A stretch of 64,000 bases of DNA, taken from contig NW_026782435.1 in the NCBI RefSeq assembly GCF_031769215.1, forward strand, positions 1 through 64,000. The letters run 5' to 3'. Positions 51,701-64,000 of this stretch are shown in pieces. The position numbers and the translations under genes were made by a program. The number at the start of each line of letters is the position of its first letter. The stretch's first letter is position 1. The DNA is from Ylistrum balloti. Its lineage: Eukaryota. Under the pieces are notes generated by a model. That model was not told where the DNA came from, made no database searches, and was given only the letters and a program-made list of their open reading frames with translations.

Positions 51701-54174
51701 ACTTAATATCACTTTGTATACCTTACAGATGACAAAACAATGTTTCAAATATCACCGGTTCAATTATCTCGTCACTGAGACAATTTTTGTTTATTTAGAG
51801 ATCAGCTCAAGTTTTACCTAAATGACATTGATTACTAGTAAAACATGAAAATAAATGTAATATCATCTCCCATACTCCCATGTAAACAGAAACAAAATAG
51901 AACAGGAATATGACGGTATATGAACACACTTTATCAGCATATTGTCGGCTCAAAGAAACCAACTCAAGTGACCAAAATATTAGAACAACTTAAGTGTTGC
52001 GCAGAATAGAGAGATCATTGTCAGAGTTGAAATCCTAGGTTCAATATTTCTTGACAATATGTTGTCATGCAAGACGGCTCTCATTTGTTCAAACAACCAA
52101 CTCCCTTAAATAAACAAAACATATATTACATTCCCACATACTGTACAAAATCCTAACATTCGTAGATATAATACACTTAATATACCACACAAAAACACAC
52201 AATTCCGTGTAATATTGATATATGTATGAATAATTACAAAGTGATCACGTGTATATACACAGTTTGTACATACACAATATTCGTATAATCACAAATGATT
52301 ATTGTTTATAATGTAATGAATAAGAACAACTGATGTATATGATCATATATTACCTTGGATTAACGTTTGGATATGAATTCACATTGTTAACCATCACAAA
52401 ACCAAACTGTTATATTCTCAACTGATATGAAATCTAAAATGGCGCTACGTTGACAGTGTATTTTAATTTCCCTGAATTATTGCCATGGTGACTTTTTGTG
52501 ACTAAGTGGGGATTGAAAAAGACAAATACACGAACTGAAATAATTCCATATAGAAAGAAAAGAAAATGTCTGTTTCTTTCCAATCGTAAAACAAAAGTGT
52601 ATGACATGAAATCAATTTCACAATAAAACGGTGTTAGGCGAAACTCTTATTTTACTCGGTGACCTATTCGTTTGAAACATACAACTTCATGTGTTCCAAC
52701 AGCCGTGTGGTAACTACATATTGCTAATGATAATAACAACACTTGGTAAATTGTGCTAAGTGTAATGAATAAATGGACTTTTATACTGTAGTATTATCTG
52801 AACTAATGTTTGGTATAACGAATGACACTAATTAACAAATTAAAATCTTAAATAAAAAACATATATCGACAAAACATATTTTATACTCAAAAATTGATTA
52901 AACAAAGCCAAACTATACAATATCAGAAAGATTTGCACGGACAACATTGAAAAAAACTTGGTGTTCCGGAAGTGTAGCTTCATCGACGACACCTAGTAAC
53001 GGAAGTATATGTTATACATCCAACATGAACTATCACAGATATCTTCCTACGCGAAACAAAGTAACGAAAAATTTAGATTGTTAAAATAAAGTTTTCTTTG
53101 ACACGGATCTTGAAGTTTTCAGTTATGTTACATGTAATACAATTGGACATTACGTAACTTAGTGTTACATTATCATCTAAGTTCTCAATTTTGTTCATTT
53201 AACATATAGGACAGTAAATTCGTATATAGAACACCAGACATTCGAATTGTGACCAATGAGTAAATATAGCACATAGTGAACAAGGTATACCTGTGTGAAA
53301 TTGATTTCGGAAGATATGACAAACTATATCAAACAGTTACGGGGCTTTATCAATAATCACAAGGCATTACATATAGTAGGTACCTACTTTTTCAAACGTC
53401 ATCAAAATGTTTTTATTTAAAGCCCAATTTTATCAATAGACCTACAAATGATAGTCTCACCGACACCAACAGTGGCAGGCGGTAGATATCACATCTTACT
53501 CTAAAGCCTTTATATTGATTTGAGATAAGTCAGGAAATCCCTGCTGATCCACAAGGCAATTTAACCTTAACACAGAGAAATTAGTTTAACCCAAGTATTC
53601 GTCAAATATCTATAACGCCTATTCAAATGTTGGTATTTTCTTCTTGTTGTGATAAGCAAATACAAGTTTTAAAAATCATTATTCTTTGATCCATTATTTT
53701 TAGAAACAATTGTTGATGATAAATGTCATATAATATTTTTGTTCTAACACTTTACTTTTACGATTGCGAATTATTAACATAGAAATCAAGTTATCTAAGA
53801 TGAATGACCAAGACCCACATTTCAGGGCAAAGTGCTCGAACTTCAAACTGGAAATAACTTTTAAAAAACTTTTAATGCTTAATCATACCTTCCTCTCCAC
53901 AAGACGGACCAATTATGACGTCGACATTTTTGCTGATATTAGCTGTTCCGGCCAGAGCGAGGCTGTTGAGACAAAACGTGTCAATGAACGTGAATTGTAC
54001 GGTATCATTGGGTATGTGGATGTCACTGACAGCTGCCAAAAAGGCCCCAGAAGATGTCTGGTAACTTGGAATCCCATAATTATAAACATCCTTGGGCATC
54101 AACAAACCAATCCTCAGAGAAGACGATAATCCAACATTGCACAAAACAACAATTAACCAATGGAGAACACTCAT
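24750..54174 (-). CDS. Receptor (single-pass) guanylyl cyclase, natriuretic-peptide-receptor-like, about 1162 aa, 22 exons: 53889..54174, 40533..40715, 38960..39121, 37974..38224, 37443..37578, 36987..37196, 32375..32459, 31117..31267, 30760..30840, 30447..30524, 29762..29866, 29425..29496, 29001..29166, 28677..28829, 28254..28431, 27980..28120, 27688..27811, 27468..27536, 26821..27094, 26254..26348, 25421..25497, 24750..25161
   Basis: Signal peptide [22 protein letters not shown]-receptor-type ectodomain ([19 protein letters not shown]). [27 protein letters not shown]. Pseudokinase ([27 protein letters not shown]) and coiled coil ([12 protein letters not shown]). Cyclase with [18 protein letters not shown] and [11 protein letters not shown] (GC-specifying Glu and Cys). 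All joins are GT-AG and phase-consistent; 3489 nt. The exact orthologue cannot be named. Confidence 0.9.
27195..27262 (+). mobile_element. Degenerate tRNA-like sequence (probable SINE head or tRNA pseudogene) in a cyclase intron
   Basis: A-box-like TAACTCGATCGGTTGAGCG and B-box-like GAATTCGAATGC at tRNA-like spacing. Stems are degraded. Confidence 0.35.
32221..32360. repeat. 20-bp tandem repeat, 7 copies (AAACTGGTTGAATACGTCCA)
   Basis: Directly visible; about 13 bp from the donor site of the TM exon. Confidence 0.9.
33921..34480. repeat. 30-32-bp tandem minisatellite, about 18 copies (AAACAGGAATACCAACATACTACATGTTATAC)
   Basis: Directly visible; explains the overlapping repetitive ORFs at 33787-34633. 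Confidence 0.95.
34740..35560 (-). mobile_element. Degraded 3' part of a non-LTR (possibly Penelope-like) retroelement with its 3' tail
   Basis: Frameshifted - strand traces ([19 protein letters not shown]) resemble the C-terminus of RT proteins of the 'NFPFLSSNIP..AYGVY..KFYGRH' type. These are followed by the GACCAGGTGTTCCGGAAG tail motif repeated elsewhere in the window. Family assignment is tentative. Confidence 0.45.
42848..43150. other. Assembly gap (303 N) in intron 1 of the guanylyl cyclase
   Basis: Run of N. Confidence 1.
44720..44870 (-). mobile_element. Dispersed copy of the retroelement-tail repeat (CAAGGA.AATAAGACCAGGTGTTCCGGAAG...CAATCC.AGTAAGTAAT)
   Basis: Aligns by eye with 34768-34920 and 50360-50500. 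Confidence 0.6.
47830..48075 (+). pseudogene. Fragment of a CR1/L2-type LINE ORF2 (region just before the RT core)
   Basis: Translates with a frameshift to ..[53 protein letters not shown], the classic KAxGxD / P..WK.A.V.P.FKKG..NYRP signature. Confidence 0.75.
48453..48512. repeat. (CT)n / pyrimidine-rich microsatellite
   Basis: Directly visible. Confidence 0.9.
50355..50520 (-). mobile_element. Dispersed copy of the retroelement-tail repeat
   Basis: AAGACCAGGTCTTCCGGAGG..CTTCATCGACACCCGCCAT..CAATCCAAGTA..TCTCAAATGAG..GAACCAACAG matches 34778-34915. Confidence 0.7.
50888..51380. repeat. 68-69-bp tandem repeat, about 7 copies
   Basis: CCACGAG recurs at 51013, 51081, 51149 and 51218. Confidence 0.95.
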
Positions 54175-57100
54175 TTTAGTTCTACAGTAATGTTGAAATC
54201 AGTACCCGATCAAGATTGTCCTAAATCTTGTCAGCGACACGTGGGTGGTTTAATGAATAAGATATTAACATTCCAAAACTAATTTCCAAACAGAATGTGT
54301 CTAAATTACGGATTATGCACAGCTATCTCGTTAGCACCTCCAACACAAATGATTTCTAAATAGTCGGCAAGTAACAATCCTTGGTGTATAATTTGAACAT
54401 GCCATTTTGAAAGTGCTAAGTAGTCGTTCCCACTGTTGTTTTAGTAATTCGATGTGATTCTTTCAGTATCACGAGAGATTCCAGTTGAGGTTTGTTGTAT
54501 AGGATGACTTCGTCTGAAATACCCATACAGTATGTATCCATTCACAATTATCAGTCGAGAATTAACAGATAAATACAACACGTAATTGAAGACACATATA
54601 TACCCCGGAGGGATGGGTCTCGTGTGTATCTGAAAACAAGTGGTACCTTGGCCCCTGTTCTGGAGGAGCCTGACGAGCTACCCATAAGTTGCTCCGTGAC
54701 GTAGTATACTCGTGTCTTCCTGTTGTCTTAATACAAGAACTTGAGAGGGTACAGAGATAGCCCCGGCTGTCAATCATGCTCCGAGTCACTGGACAGATAA
54801 ATCTCTCACGTACCTGCATGACTTCGATCTCCCGCTGTCCACACCTGGAATAATGAATTTGAATTATATCATTGAAGTTCATGAGATACCAAACAGTCAC
54901 AGAAAATTCATCATTAACATAAAAATCAGAAATCCTATCTTTAATCAAAATCCATTATGTTAATTTGATGACAACTTTTCAACTTCAAATGTCATTGCCC
55001 TACAATTGGTATCGTGTGTAAATGATATGAGGTGTTTCTTTCAAATCACAAAGTGAAACAAAAGTGCAGAAATAAATAGACGGTTAAAACACTTTAACAG
55101 AATCCACGGAGAAGTTATCTCCGAGAAGCTAAGGAATCGATGAGGTTAATGATACAAGATCAGAAATCACAGTTGGAACTGATTGCAGATGTCTGCTCGC
55201 CGTGATCTAGGAAATCAACAAAGCACTTTCCAATCAAGTTCCATTCACAAGAGTTTCTGATGTGAAAACTAGTTAAGTGTTGACATCACTGTATGTTACT
55301 CCACAACACGTGAATCTGCATGTTCTACACAGCTTTAACAGCCAAGCTACAACATCGTATTAGCATATTTAAATCATTATATATATACTACTGATATTTT
55401 AACGTCCTGTTGTATACGTCTTTTTGTATTACTTGTATGATATTTCATAAAAAGTTTTAAATATAAGTCAACGCCAGACTTACCGGTGGAAGAATCTGAC
55501 ATCATGTTCCGATACCTTTGTTCAGGAAATAGTTACTTCAGTATTATGTCAAATTAGAAGACCGGTAGACATTGAATGCCGCAATTCATTGTCGATAAGA
55601 GAGCTGTCATGATACAGATTGATGTTATTCTGTTCTCGGAACTCACCTCATCGTCTGACCGGACACCATGCTAACTCGACACACATCTATCGGGAAAGAT
55701 TGAATGCATAATCCTGTTTACTATCACTGTATGATTGGAGTATCAATTTAGTTTATATAAGAAGGGATTACTATCGTTATACAATCCTGGGAAAGACATC
55801 TCTTGAGAATGTAATCATCTAGGTAAGCGCTGGAAGCTAAATTTTTGTTCCGAAAATAAGAAACATCTTTATTTAAGCAATTAATTATCGATTTTACTGA
55901 AGAGATGAAGAAATATTAGTGAATGTCTCCAATTGAACGGATAAGTTGAAATGCATTTGATCCTATATGCATTGTAAAAGACACAAAAGACAACACTGTA
56001 CATTTCCGTTTTGAACCTGTGTAGAGTATTATATATAAACTTATCTTTTGATTACTGTATGACATTTACATACGTCTTGAAAACGAACACAGAAACATGT
56101 ATTATCGTATTTGTCTTCTAGAATCTTTCGTCTGAGGTAATGCTATCTCCTTTTTGCAGCGTGACAGTAATAAATCGCCTACACAGCATTCACTATTACA
56201 CAGATTGGTTTAAACTGGTTTTGTTCCCAAGAGAATCATCCAAAAGTAGTCCGCTTCTCTTTGAATTTGGTGTTTTATTGATACCACGTCAATCTTTTTT
56301 ATCGTATATTTGAACTAAAGCTAAATTTCTAAATAAATGATTAACAAAGTAAGCACTTGGCCTTACACAGCTATACCTAAGTCTGTAGTAGTCCTGAAAA
56401 ACTGATGGTTTCTCTGAACAAACAATTGATATAGTCGTATAACGGAAATTTTATATTATAACTCTACATAAGGGTTTCTAATAAACAAATGAATTTCGTG
56501 TTGTCATTTGTAATTTCTAGTATTTACTGTGTATAAAGTTACATTATATATCAATAAGGATGGGAGTTTTGCAAAGTGTTATTGCATATACTGGGGAAAT
56601 ACTTTGATCACTTACAAAATGTTGCCATCTGTCCATCCAATCCACAGTTCACATTGAAAAGTCACATATATTCCATTAGTGATATCTCTCTACACCAGTA
56701 CTGACATAGAACTCCCGGTCCTTTACACTGAAAAGAATGCCTGTACTTGTGTTTGTACTGTGTTTCTCTCTACTTCGAGTTTCACTTCTCTGCCTGTTGG
56801 AACGTAAGATTCATGTAACTGTTTCTGTGAACCAGTCTGTGTACCAATTCTATCAGCTATCATATAAACAAAACTTCCTTTTCTAACATAACACGTTTCC
56901 ACTCTGTCAACAATCAAGTGTTTTATCGTCGTTAATCTGGTTTCATTTTGCCTTTTAACTTCAGTATTAAAGAGCCAGGTACCTGTTTTCTATAACGAGA
57001 GTATATATACACAAGGTGGGTTGTATAGTCCATGCTACACCGTTTCGGTGTTGGACAGCTGAGGTATATAATGGATCTCTACGGATATCTGGACATTTAA

Positions 57101-57438
57101 ATCAATCTTATCGCATCATTGTATACGGTCAGTCTGGTGCGCGCTACTGTGTAATTTGCCCGTGTTTGATAGTCTACTAGGTGTTCACTAATCTCCGGTA
57201 ATTGTCGTGTACATCATGATGTTTACAAAAAACTGCAAGGAAAAAGCATTAACATGTCTATTTTGTATCTTCATCATTGTTATGTCTAGTGGTTTTAGTT
57301 GCTTATTTTTAATATTTAGACAGATACTCGCTTTGATCTGGCTTGAGACATACTCATGGCTTTTACGGTGCTAAAATGGACAGGCAGTTTTTCATCCAGC
57401 TAACAACTTACGAGTTCATGTGCACTTATCTAATATGG

Positions 57439-59031
57439 TATCGTGCTATCTACACACGCGTCGTATTGTCTACTCATTTATCGTGCTATCAACACACGCG
57501 TCGTATTGTCTACTCATTTATCGTGCTATCAACACAGGCGTCGTATTGTCTACTCATTTATCGTGATATCTACACTTGTGTAGTGTTATACACTCCTTAA
57601 TTGTGTTATATACACACGCGTCGTGTTATCGACTCCTTTGTTGTGTTGATTCCTTTATCGTGCTATCTACACTAATATTGTGTTGTACACTCTGGTATTG
57701 CTTTCTTCACTCTAGTATCGTGTTATCCACTCTTGTATCCCGTTTTCCACTTTAGTATTGAGTTTTTCGACATTAATATCGCGTTATCCACTCTTGTATT
57801 GTGTTATCCACTCTAGTATCGTGTTATTCATCCTAACATTGTGTTGTACACTCTTGGTATCATGCTCCTCGCTCTAGTATCGAGTTATCCAATCTGATAT
57901 CGAGTTATCCACTCTAGTATTGTGTTATCCACTCTAGTATTGTGTTATCCACTCTAGTATAGTGTTATCCACTCTAGTACCGTGTTATCCATCTAGTAGC
58001 GTGTTATCCACTTTAGTATTGTGTTATCCACGCTAGTATAGTGTTATCCACCACTCTAGTATTGTGTTATCCATCCTAACATTGTGTTGTACACTCTTGG
58101 TATCATGCTCCTCGCTCTAGTATTGTGTTATCCACTCTAGTATCGTGTTATCCACTTTAGTATTGTGTTATCCACTCTAGTATCGTGTTATCCACTTTAG
58201 TATTGTGTTATCCACTCTAGTATCGTGTTATCCACTTTAGTATTGTGTTATCCACTCTAGCACCGTGTTATCCACTCTAGTATAGTGTTATTCACTTTAG
58301 TATTGTGTTATCCACTTTAGTATTGTGTTATCCACTCTAGCACCGTGTTATCCACTCTAGTATAGTGTTATTCACTTTAGTATTGTGTTATCCACTCTAG
58401 TATCGTGTTATCCACTCTAGTATTGTGTTATCCACTCTAGTAGCGTTTATCCACTCTAGTATAGTGTTATCCACTCTAGTATCGTGTTATCCATCTAGTA
58501 GCGTGTTATCCACTTTAGTATTGTGTTATCCACGCTAGTATAGTGTTATCCACTCTAGTATCGTGTTATCCATCTAGTAGCGTGTTATCCACTTTAGTAT
58601 TGTGTTATCCACGCTAGTATAGTGTTATCCACTCTAGTATTGTGTTATCCATCCTAACATTGTGTTGTACACTCTTGGTATCATGCTCCTCGCTCTAGTA
58701 TTGTGTTATCCACTTTAGTATTGTGTTATCCACTCTAGTGTAGTGTTATCCACTCTAGTATTGTGTTATCCACTCTAGTATTGTGTTATCCACTCTAGTA
58801 TCGTGTTATCCACTCTAGTATTGTGTTATCCACTCTAGTATTGTGTTATCCACTCTAGTATTGTGTTATCCACTCTAGTATTGTGTTATCCACTCTAGTA
58901 TTGTGTTATCCACTCTAGTATTGTGTTATCCACTCTAGTATTGTGTTATCCACTCTAGTATTGTGTTATCCACTCTAGTATTGTGTTATCCACTCTAGTA
59001 TCGTGTTATCCACTCTAGTATTGTGTTATCC
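57439..59031. repeat. 20-bp minisatellite (TATTGTGTTATCCACTCTAG) with a degenerate 40-bp left flank and a recurring variant block
   Basis: Directly visible; highly homogeneous from about 58690 to 59031. Confidence 0.95.
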
Positions 59032-60872
59032 ATTTGAATCACGTTCTACACTTTAGTACTGTTGTTCGTTTAGGTATTAAATGATCTCCTCAGGAGTTAT
59101 CCTCTTTAATATATGTTTTTGGTTCCTATTAGAACAACATGATTGGCTCACCACTCATTACAAAAGAAAGCAATAAGTCTTGAAATATGAAATTTTACAT
59201 TGTACATTTTAGGCCTAAGACAGCATAGTAGCACTAATACTTATCCTCTACTATAAAGTCACAGTACTTCAGTTGGAGACATCGTCATTACGACACCAGA
59301 ACAGACGGACTAAGTTTGTGTGGTATTCCCTTCCCTCCAGTCTAATGATTACTGATAATGTCAACCTCTCACTTACAGTTAGTCCTGCTGAAGCAGATCA
59401 AATTGTTCTCCTCCAGTACTGACAGTCTTTTCTATTTTATCTGACCTAAACGATCGAATGGCAGACTTTAACAAGAGTCAATGTCGGAATTCACGTTATC
59501 GGGAACATTGCTTTGCAATACGAAAGTAAACAAAGTCTTCTTATTCGACTAGCACAGTAAGTGAATTACTTGTTTTTTTTACTACATATTGTCATGAAAT
59601 ACTATTTATAGTAAAATGGCCTCCGTTTGTTGTTTGATAATATAAAGCGTACACCCTCGTTGAGTGAAATTTCTATAACAATGGTTTCTTTGTCACAATA
59701 TACATACTTTAGCATGATATTGTTTTGATTTTTGATCATGATCACAGTCTATACTTCCCTGTCAGATTAAATCAGGCCAAGTATATATGTAGTATTAAAA
59801 TGTATTTATGACTTATAAAATATAATACAAGTCTGTAATTAGTGTGTATCACGCGGGCAGTAGTCTCTGTCATCACAAACCTACTTTAATACCATTGCAT
59901 GTTGGAAGGCAGTGGCTCTGTGCCAGACATTATTTAATAAATTCATCAAACCAAATCGTGACCTTAATATCATACATGCTTTTGAAGTCAATATTCTTAT
60001 AATGTATTGTGTAATAATGGTTTCCTAGCAACCAATAACATCCCCCATATCCGGATGTGTTGAGGTATGATAACTTAATATATTTAATATTTGATATATT
60101 TTATTGAATTCATCAACTTATTTTCGGATATGTTGGTGTTTTTCTTTGTAAAATTATCACCAACATATACGACTTTTTCTCTCGATTGCTTTCATTCCTA
60201 CAGAACTAGATGACGCTCAGCCATATATATGACCAGTATAGGTCATCATATGTTCCAATCAACGACATGATTAAACTATTCCAATTATTATTACTACTTT
60301 TGCTGTTTTTATTCCAGTAATAATTTATAGAAGTGTTTTCTACGTTTATTAATTTCACAAATGTACATATTCTACAGATGTTGCATCAGATAACCTTAAA
60401 GCCATTTTGTAGAGCATCACATATTAGAGTTACCATAGAAACTATTTGTCTCATAGAATTCATGAGAACCTGAACTACACAATTTCCTTTTTACTAAAAC
60501 TTCGCTTCTACCATCATTTGTTACCATTTAGATCAATATTGTTATTTACACTTTGGAGATGTTGATAATTGGTACATTGGTGATTCAATTATCTATTTAC
60601 TTATTAGAAACTTTTCGCTGTAAATCACAATATCCTGTTAGACAATACCAGAAAGAAAGACAAATATGCCGTCACGTGTCTGTCACATTTTGATTCCAAC
60701 ACTTTCAGAATACGCGCAAAATGTACTTGCAGTTCTTTTGTAAATCAAGAAAATTATGAAATGTTTAGAGTTTTAAGGTTCGTTTATCTCCCTTGCTGTT
60801 TCTGACATTTATTTCGATTAATCTGGATCCTCCAATGTCGCCTTTCAGATTTCAACAATTTAAGCTTTAAGT

Positions 60873-61292
60873 ATCACTGACGAGGCCTAGAAGGACGAAA
60901 CTGCTGTTTATTGCAGTTTAGTACATATTTCGCAATATTTTGTCTAATGACGAGTCCTAGAAGGATGGAACACCTGTATGATGTAGCATCACTGACGAGT
61001 CCTAGAAGGGTGAAACTGCTGTATGATGTAGCATCAGTAACGAGGCCTAGAATGATGCATGGTATAGCATTAGTGACGAGTCCTAGAAGGATGAAACAGC
61101 TGTATAAAGTAGAATCAGTGACGAGACTTAAAAGGATGAAACAGCTGTATGATGTAGCATCAGTGACGAGGCCTAGAAGGGTGAAACAACTGTATGATAT
61201 AAAACATCAGTGACGACACTTAGAAGGGTGAAACATCTGTATGATGTAGTATCAGTGACGAATCCTAAAAGGATGAAACGCCTGTATGATAC
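60873..61292. repeat. 45-bp tandem repeat, about 9 copies (CAGTGACGAGGCCTAGAAGGGTGAAACAGCTGTATGATGTAGCAT)
   Basis: GACGAG at 60949 and 60994 gives a 45-bp period; explains ORF 60911..61213. Confidence 0.9.
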
Positions 61293-62614
61293 ATTATATT
61301 TAATCATTTGACTCACTGAACCTCATTCTAAATTTGTATATAAATGTGCCATTCACTTTTTTGTCTTTTGTACAATCTTAGACATTGTGTTTATGGTATC
61401 AGTTTATGATTTTCCTCTCAGAAGTCAATCGGTATAGGATCATATTTATTATCGTGTGAGTTTACCCAATAACGCTTCAGTAAGGCCTACGAACCAACAA
61501 TAAGGGTGAAAGAGGGTAAAATTAAGTTCTTAAATGTCCTATTGAAGGGAACATCTATGTGTTAAATCCTTTGTATTCATGGTAGCATGTTAATCACTTG
61601 TTATATTTACACTTTGTGAAATGCAGAAGAGTATCCTGATACAAAAATTATATTATGTACACGTGTAGACATAATTACACTTATTTCTTTATACATATGA
61701 AACAATGACAGAACAGATCATCATTTGAATGGTTTCTTTTGATGCATGAACCATGTTAAGCGACTATTCTTAATGGAACTGTACTGTTTTCTCTGGTCAC
61801 TACTGCAATCATTATGTCAAGGATATCCTTAGGGAGGCTATTTCTTACATGCACATAGCCAGTCGCTTCTTCGACCACTGTCTCAGTTTGTCCGATTCAT
61901 ATTGCTTCCTACAATAATGACTAACCATGAATGCACCGAAGCATATTAGATGTCAATGCTTTTCATGGGCTTTTCATGGATGTTTGGAGCGTTGGATATA
62001 AAAACTGAGAAATTCTTGCATCAGTTGTATTGCTGTACAACTCATTATATATATTTACAGCGTATATATTACATTCCGTATCGCTAACAACTAAAACACT
62101 AGAAATGTTATTTTCTTTTTGTCGTTTTGATGAGAATTTCGATGATTGATATCAACACACACTACACATATATCTTAATGTGTTCACAATGTTTACAATT
62201 TTCTTATTCAAAGTGATAACTATGTAAAGCTGTTATAATGATGTGGGGAATACTCGTATTGTAGAAGCTTTTTTCATTTCATCTTTAACATATCTAGATG
62301 GAATGTTTTCGACAACATAAAATAACCGATCCGGTTTAAATCTAGAGTGATTTGAATAGAAAGAACAGTTTGGGAAAATCTGCTCGCCATCGATATTGGC
62401 CTGTTGGTTCAAAATGCATTGAATAAAATAGAACATATTTTCGGACTTGGCAGAACCGATCACGTACATGGTCAGTCATGGGTGGCCGTGTATGTCTACT
62501 GACAAAAGTTTTTTTTAAAGCGTTTGATGTTCCTTAATAAAACTGACAATTCCGTTGTGGTCAACCATGTATTCATTAAGAAACGTAACATTATTAACCT
62601 GAATTGACCAAGAT

Positions 62615-62670
62615 TGATATGGCAGGTGTCGTCATTGAAGCAAAAGACGCTTACTCTTCCGAAACAGGAG
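62615..62670 (+). mobile_element. Inverted-orientation short copy of the retroelement-tail repeat
   Basis: GGCAGGTGTCGTC..GAAGCAAAAGACGCTTACTCTTCCGAAACA is close to the reverse complement of the 34786-34835 and 50376-50422 motifs. Confidence 0.5.
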
Positions 62671-63959
62671 TATCCGTGCATATATTTTTTGTTCAATTTT
62701 ATTGATCTTGGATTATCATTGTATTGATATGTTTTCTTTGTTGCTTTAGTTAAACATGGGAATCATAAAACCAGTGTCTAAATGTCCATGGACCCACGCT
62801 CTGATGTCAATCGGATCTGAGGAATACTACCAGTTTAGGTAATAATTCTCAAGTTAGAACCAAAGTAATTATAAACAGAAGAACATGTTCAACTCGCTAT
62901 TCTTGTGAAGGGCATTGCGTAGGAGCTAGACAAATCACAGTCTTCATTAGTTAGATTGTTGTTACAAATGGTGTGTGAACTTCGATGGATCTTCTGATTA
63001 GTATAGTTAGATGTGTAACCATTAGTATTCTGTGATGCACTTCCAAAGTCAAGTTCTGTTATTGTCGTATTATTGTTTTACGATATGGGGGATTTAAGTC
63101 CCTGAGAGGTTAAATATCGTTAGGTCAGTATAAAGAATTATAGTCGAGTTAACATTAATTAGCCGGCTAATTAGTTTTATGTCCGAATAACATTTTTTCT
63201 CTTATTACCATTGTCGTTACAAATGCTTCACAAACGGGCAAAGTCATCAATCAATTTCCTCCCAACCAGTAGAGACAATGCGTCCAGAAATAGATATTTA
63301 CATCTGACTTCAGAAAACCATTAAACTTAGGTAAAGCTTTCACTGAATACACATGGATGCCCAGCTTCGTGCCCTGTTTTGTCAGCTTAAGCCATTACTT
63401 CATTTGAACGAAATTCCCTTCGTCTACCCTTAAAACTTGATAACAAATCTATCAATTTTTTTATGTTTAAATTCAGAAAATCATTTTATATTTGTGTCAA
63501 TCAGGAGCCAGTTTAACACGAAAATTAGTACGGTTTTATAAAAGGTTAAGTATATCATGCACCCGCCAATTAGAGCGCTGGACTTGTTTTTCTTCTGACC
63601 CCCAAGGGCCCCATCATAAAGTCTAGTCGAATTATGTCTCGTTACCATTGTCAATCTTTTCGTTAAAGGTTCGGTCTACCTAAGCATGTGGCCATGCAAG
63701 AATGGCGTGTATGTCTGTTTAATACTACAAGCAGTTCTAAGGCATATCAAGGGTGGATCGATGAGGTAAAACCCATGCTTTATAGCTGTTATCATTTACT
63801 GCGGACTTATACTTATCAAAGAACACATGCAAATATTCATGTGGCTTTTACACGTCTCGATCTTTACTCAACTACTGACCAGTTCAGCTGAAACAACCCA
63901 TTGCACACTCATATTTTCGAAAGGCAAAGGTGGTGGGTATATAAACAAATTCTCTTGAA

Positions 63960-64000
63960 GAAATTAGACCAGGTGTTCCGAAAGAATAAGCGTATTCTGC
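63960..64000 (-). mobile_element. Partial copy of the retroelement-tail repeat at the window edge
   Basis: AGACCAGGTGTTCCGAAAGAATAAGCGTATTCTGC. Confidence 0.55.

Noticed and set aside
53764-54129. 121-aa + strand ORF
   Set aside because: Antisense shadow of cyclase exon 1 and its intron; no motifs.
13590-54174. Functional link between putative GTP-binding KolX and the neighbouring GTP-using guanylyl cyclase
   Set aside because: KolX genes are transposon cargo, and adjacency in an animal genome gives no evidence of shared function.
56723-56975. About 85 open codons on - (..GTWLFNTEVKRQ..AFFSV)
   Set aside because: No recognisable domain, in-frame stop just upstream, and adjacent frames are broken; cannot be supported as a gene.
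61780-62470. Possible degraded LINE reverse-transcriptase remnant
   Set aside because: Only a vague compositional resemblance; I could not recover a diagnostic motif in any frame.

Overview
AT-rich, intron-rich animal DNA; a bivalve-like mollusc is my inference from gene and transposon content. The first 22 kb is a chain of nested or truncated elements. A 39-bp minisatellite is followed by the last exons of an nSTAND3-type P-loop NTPase gene, which is cut off by the 3' LTR of a Gypsy retrotransposon. That Gypsy pol is uninterrupted but ends mid-RT at the left end of a Kolobok-type DNA transposon. Two diverged Kolobok-type elements lie head-to-tail (about 7184-15134 and 15133-22186). Each has a 10-exon THAP + DDE transposase on + and a convergent 3-exon KolX gene (homologue of the P2X7 cytoplasmic 'ballast') on -. 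All four spliced reading frames are open, although transposase 2 lacks an ATG. The three surviving element ends share a motif arrangement (GTGACGTCAC palindrome plus CAGGTG). From 24750 to 54174 on - there is an apparently complete 22-exon receptor guanylyl cyclase gene. The rest is intronic or intergenic: minisatellites, degraded retroelement fragments and a 303-N assembly gap. All exon joins were assembled by eye from GT-AG sites and phase matching; no database search was run.
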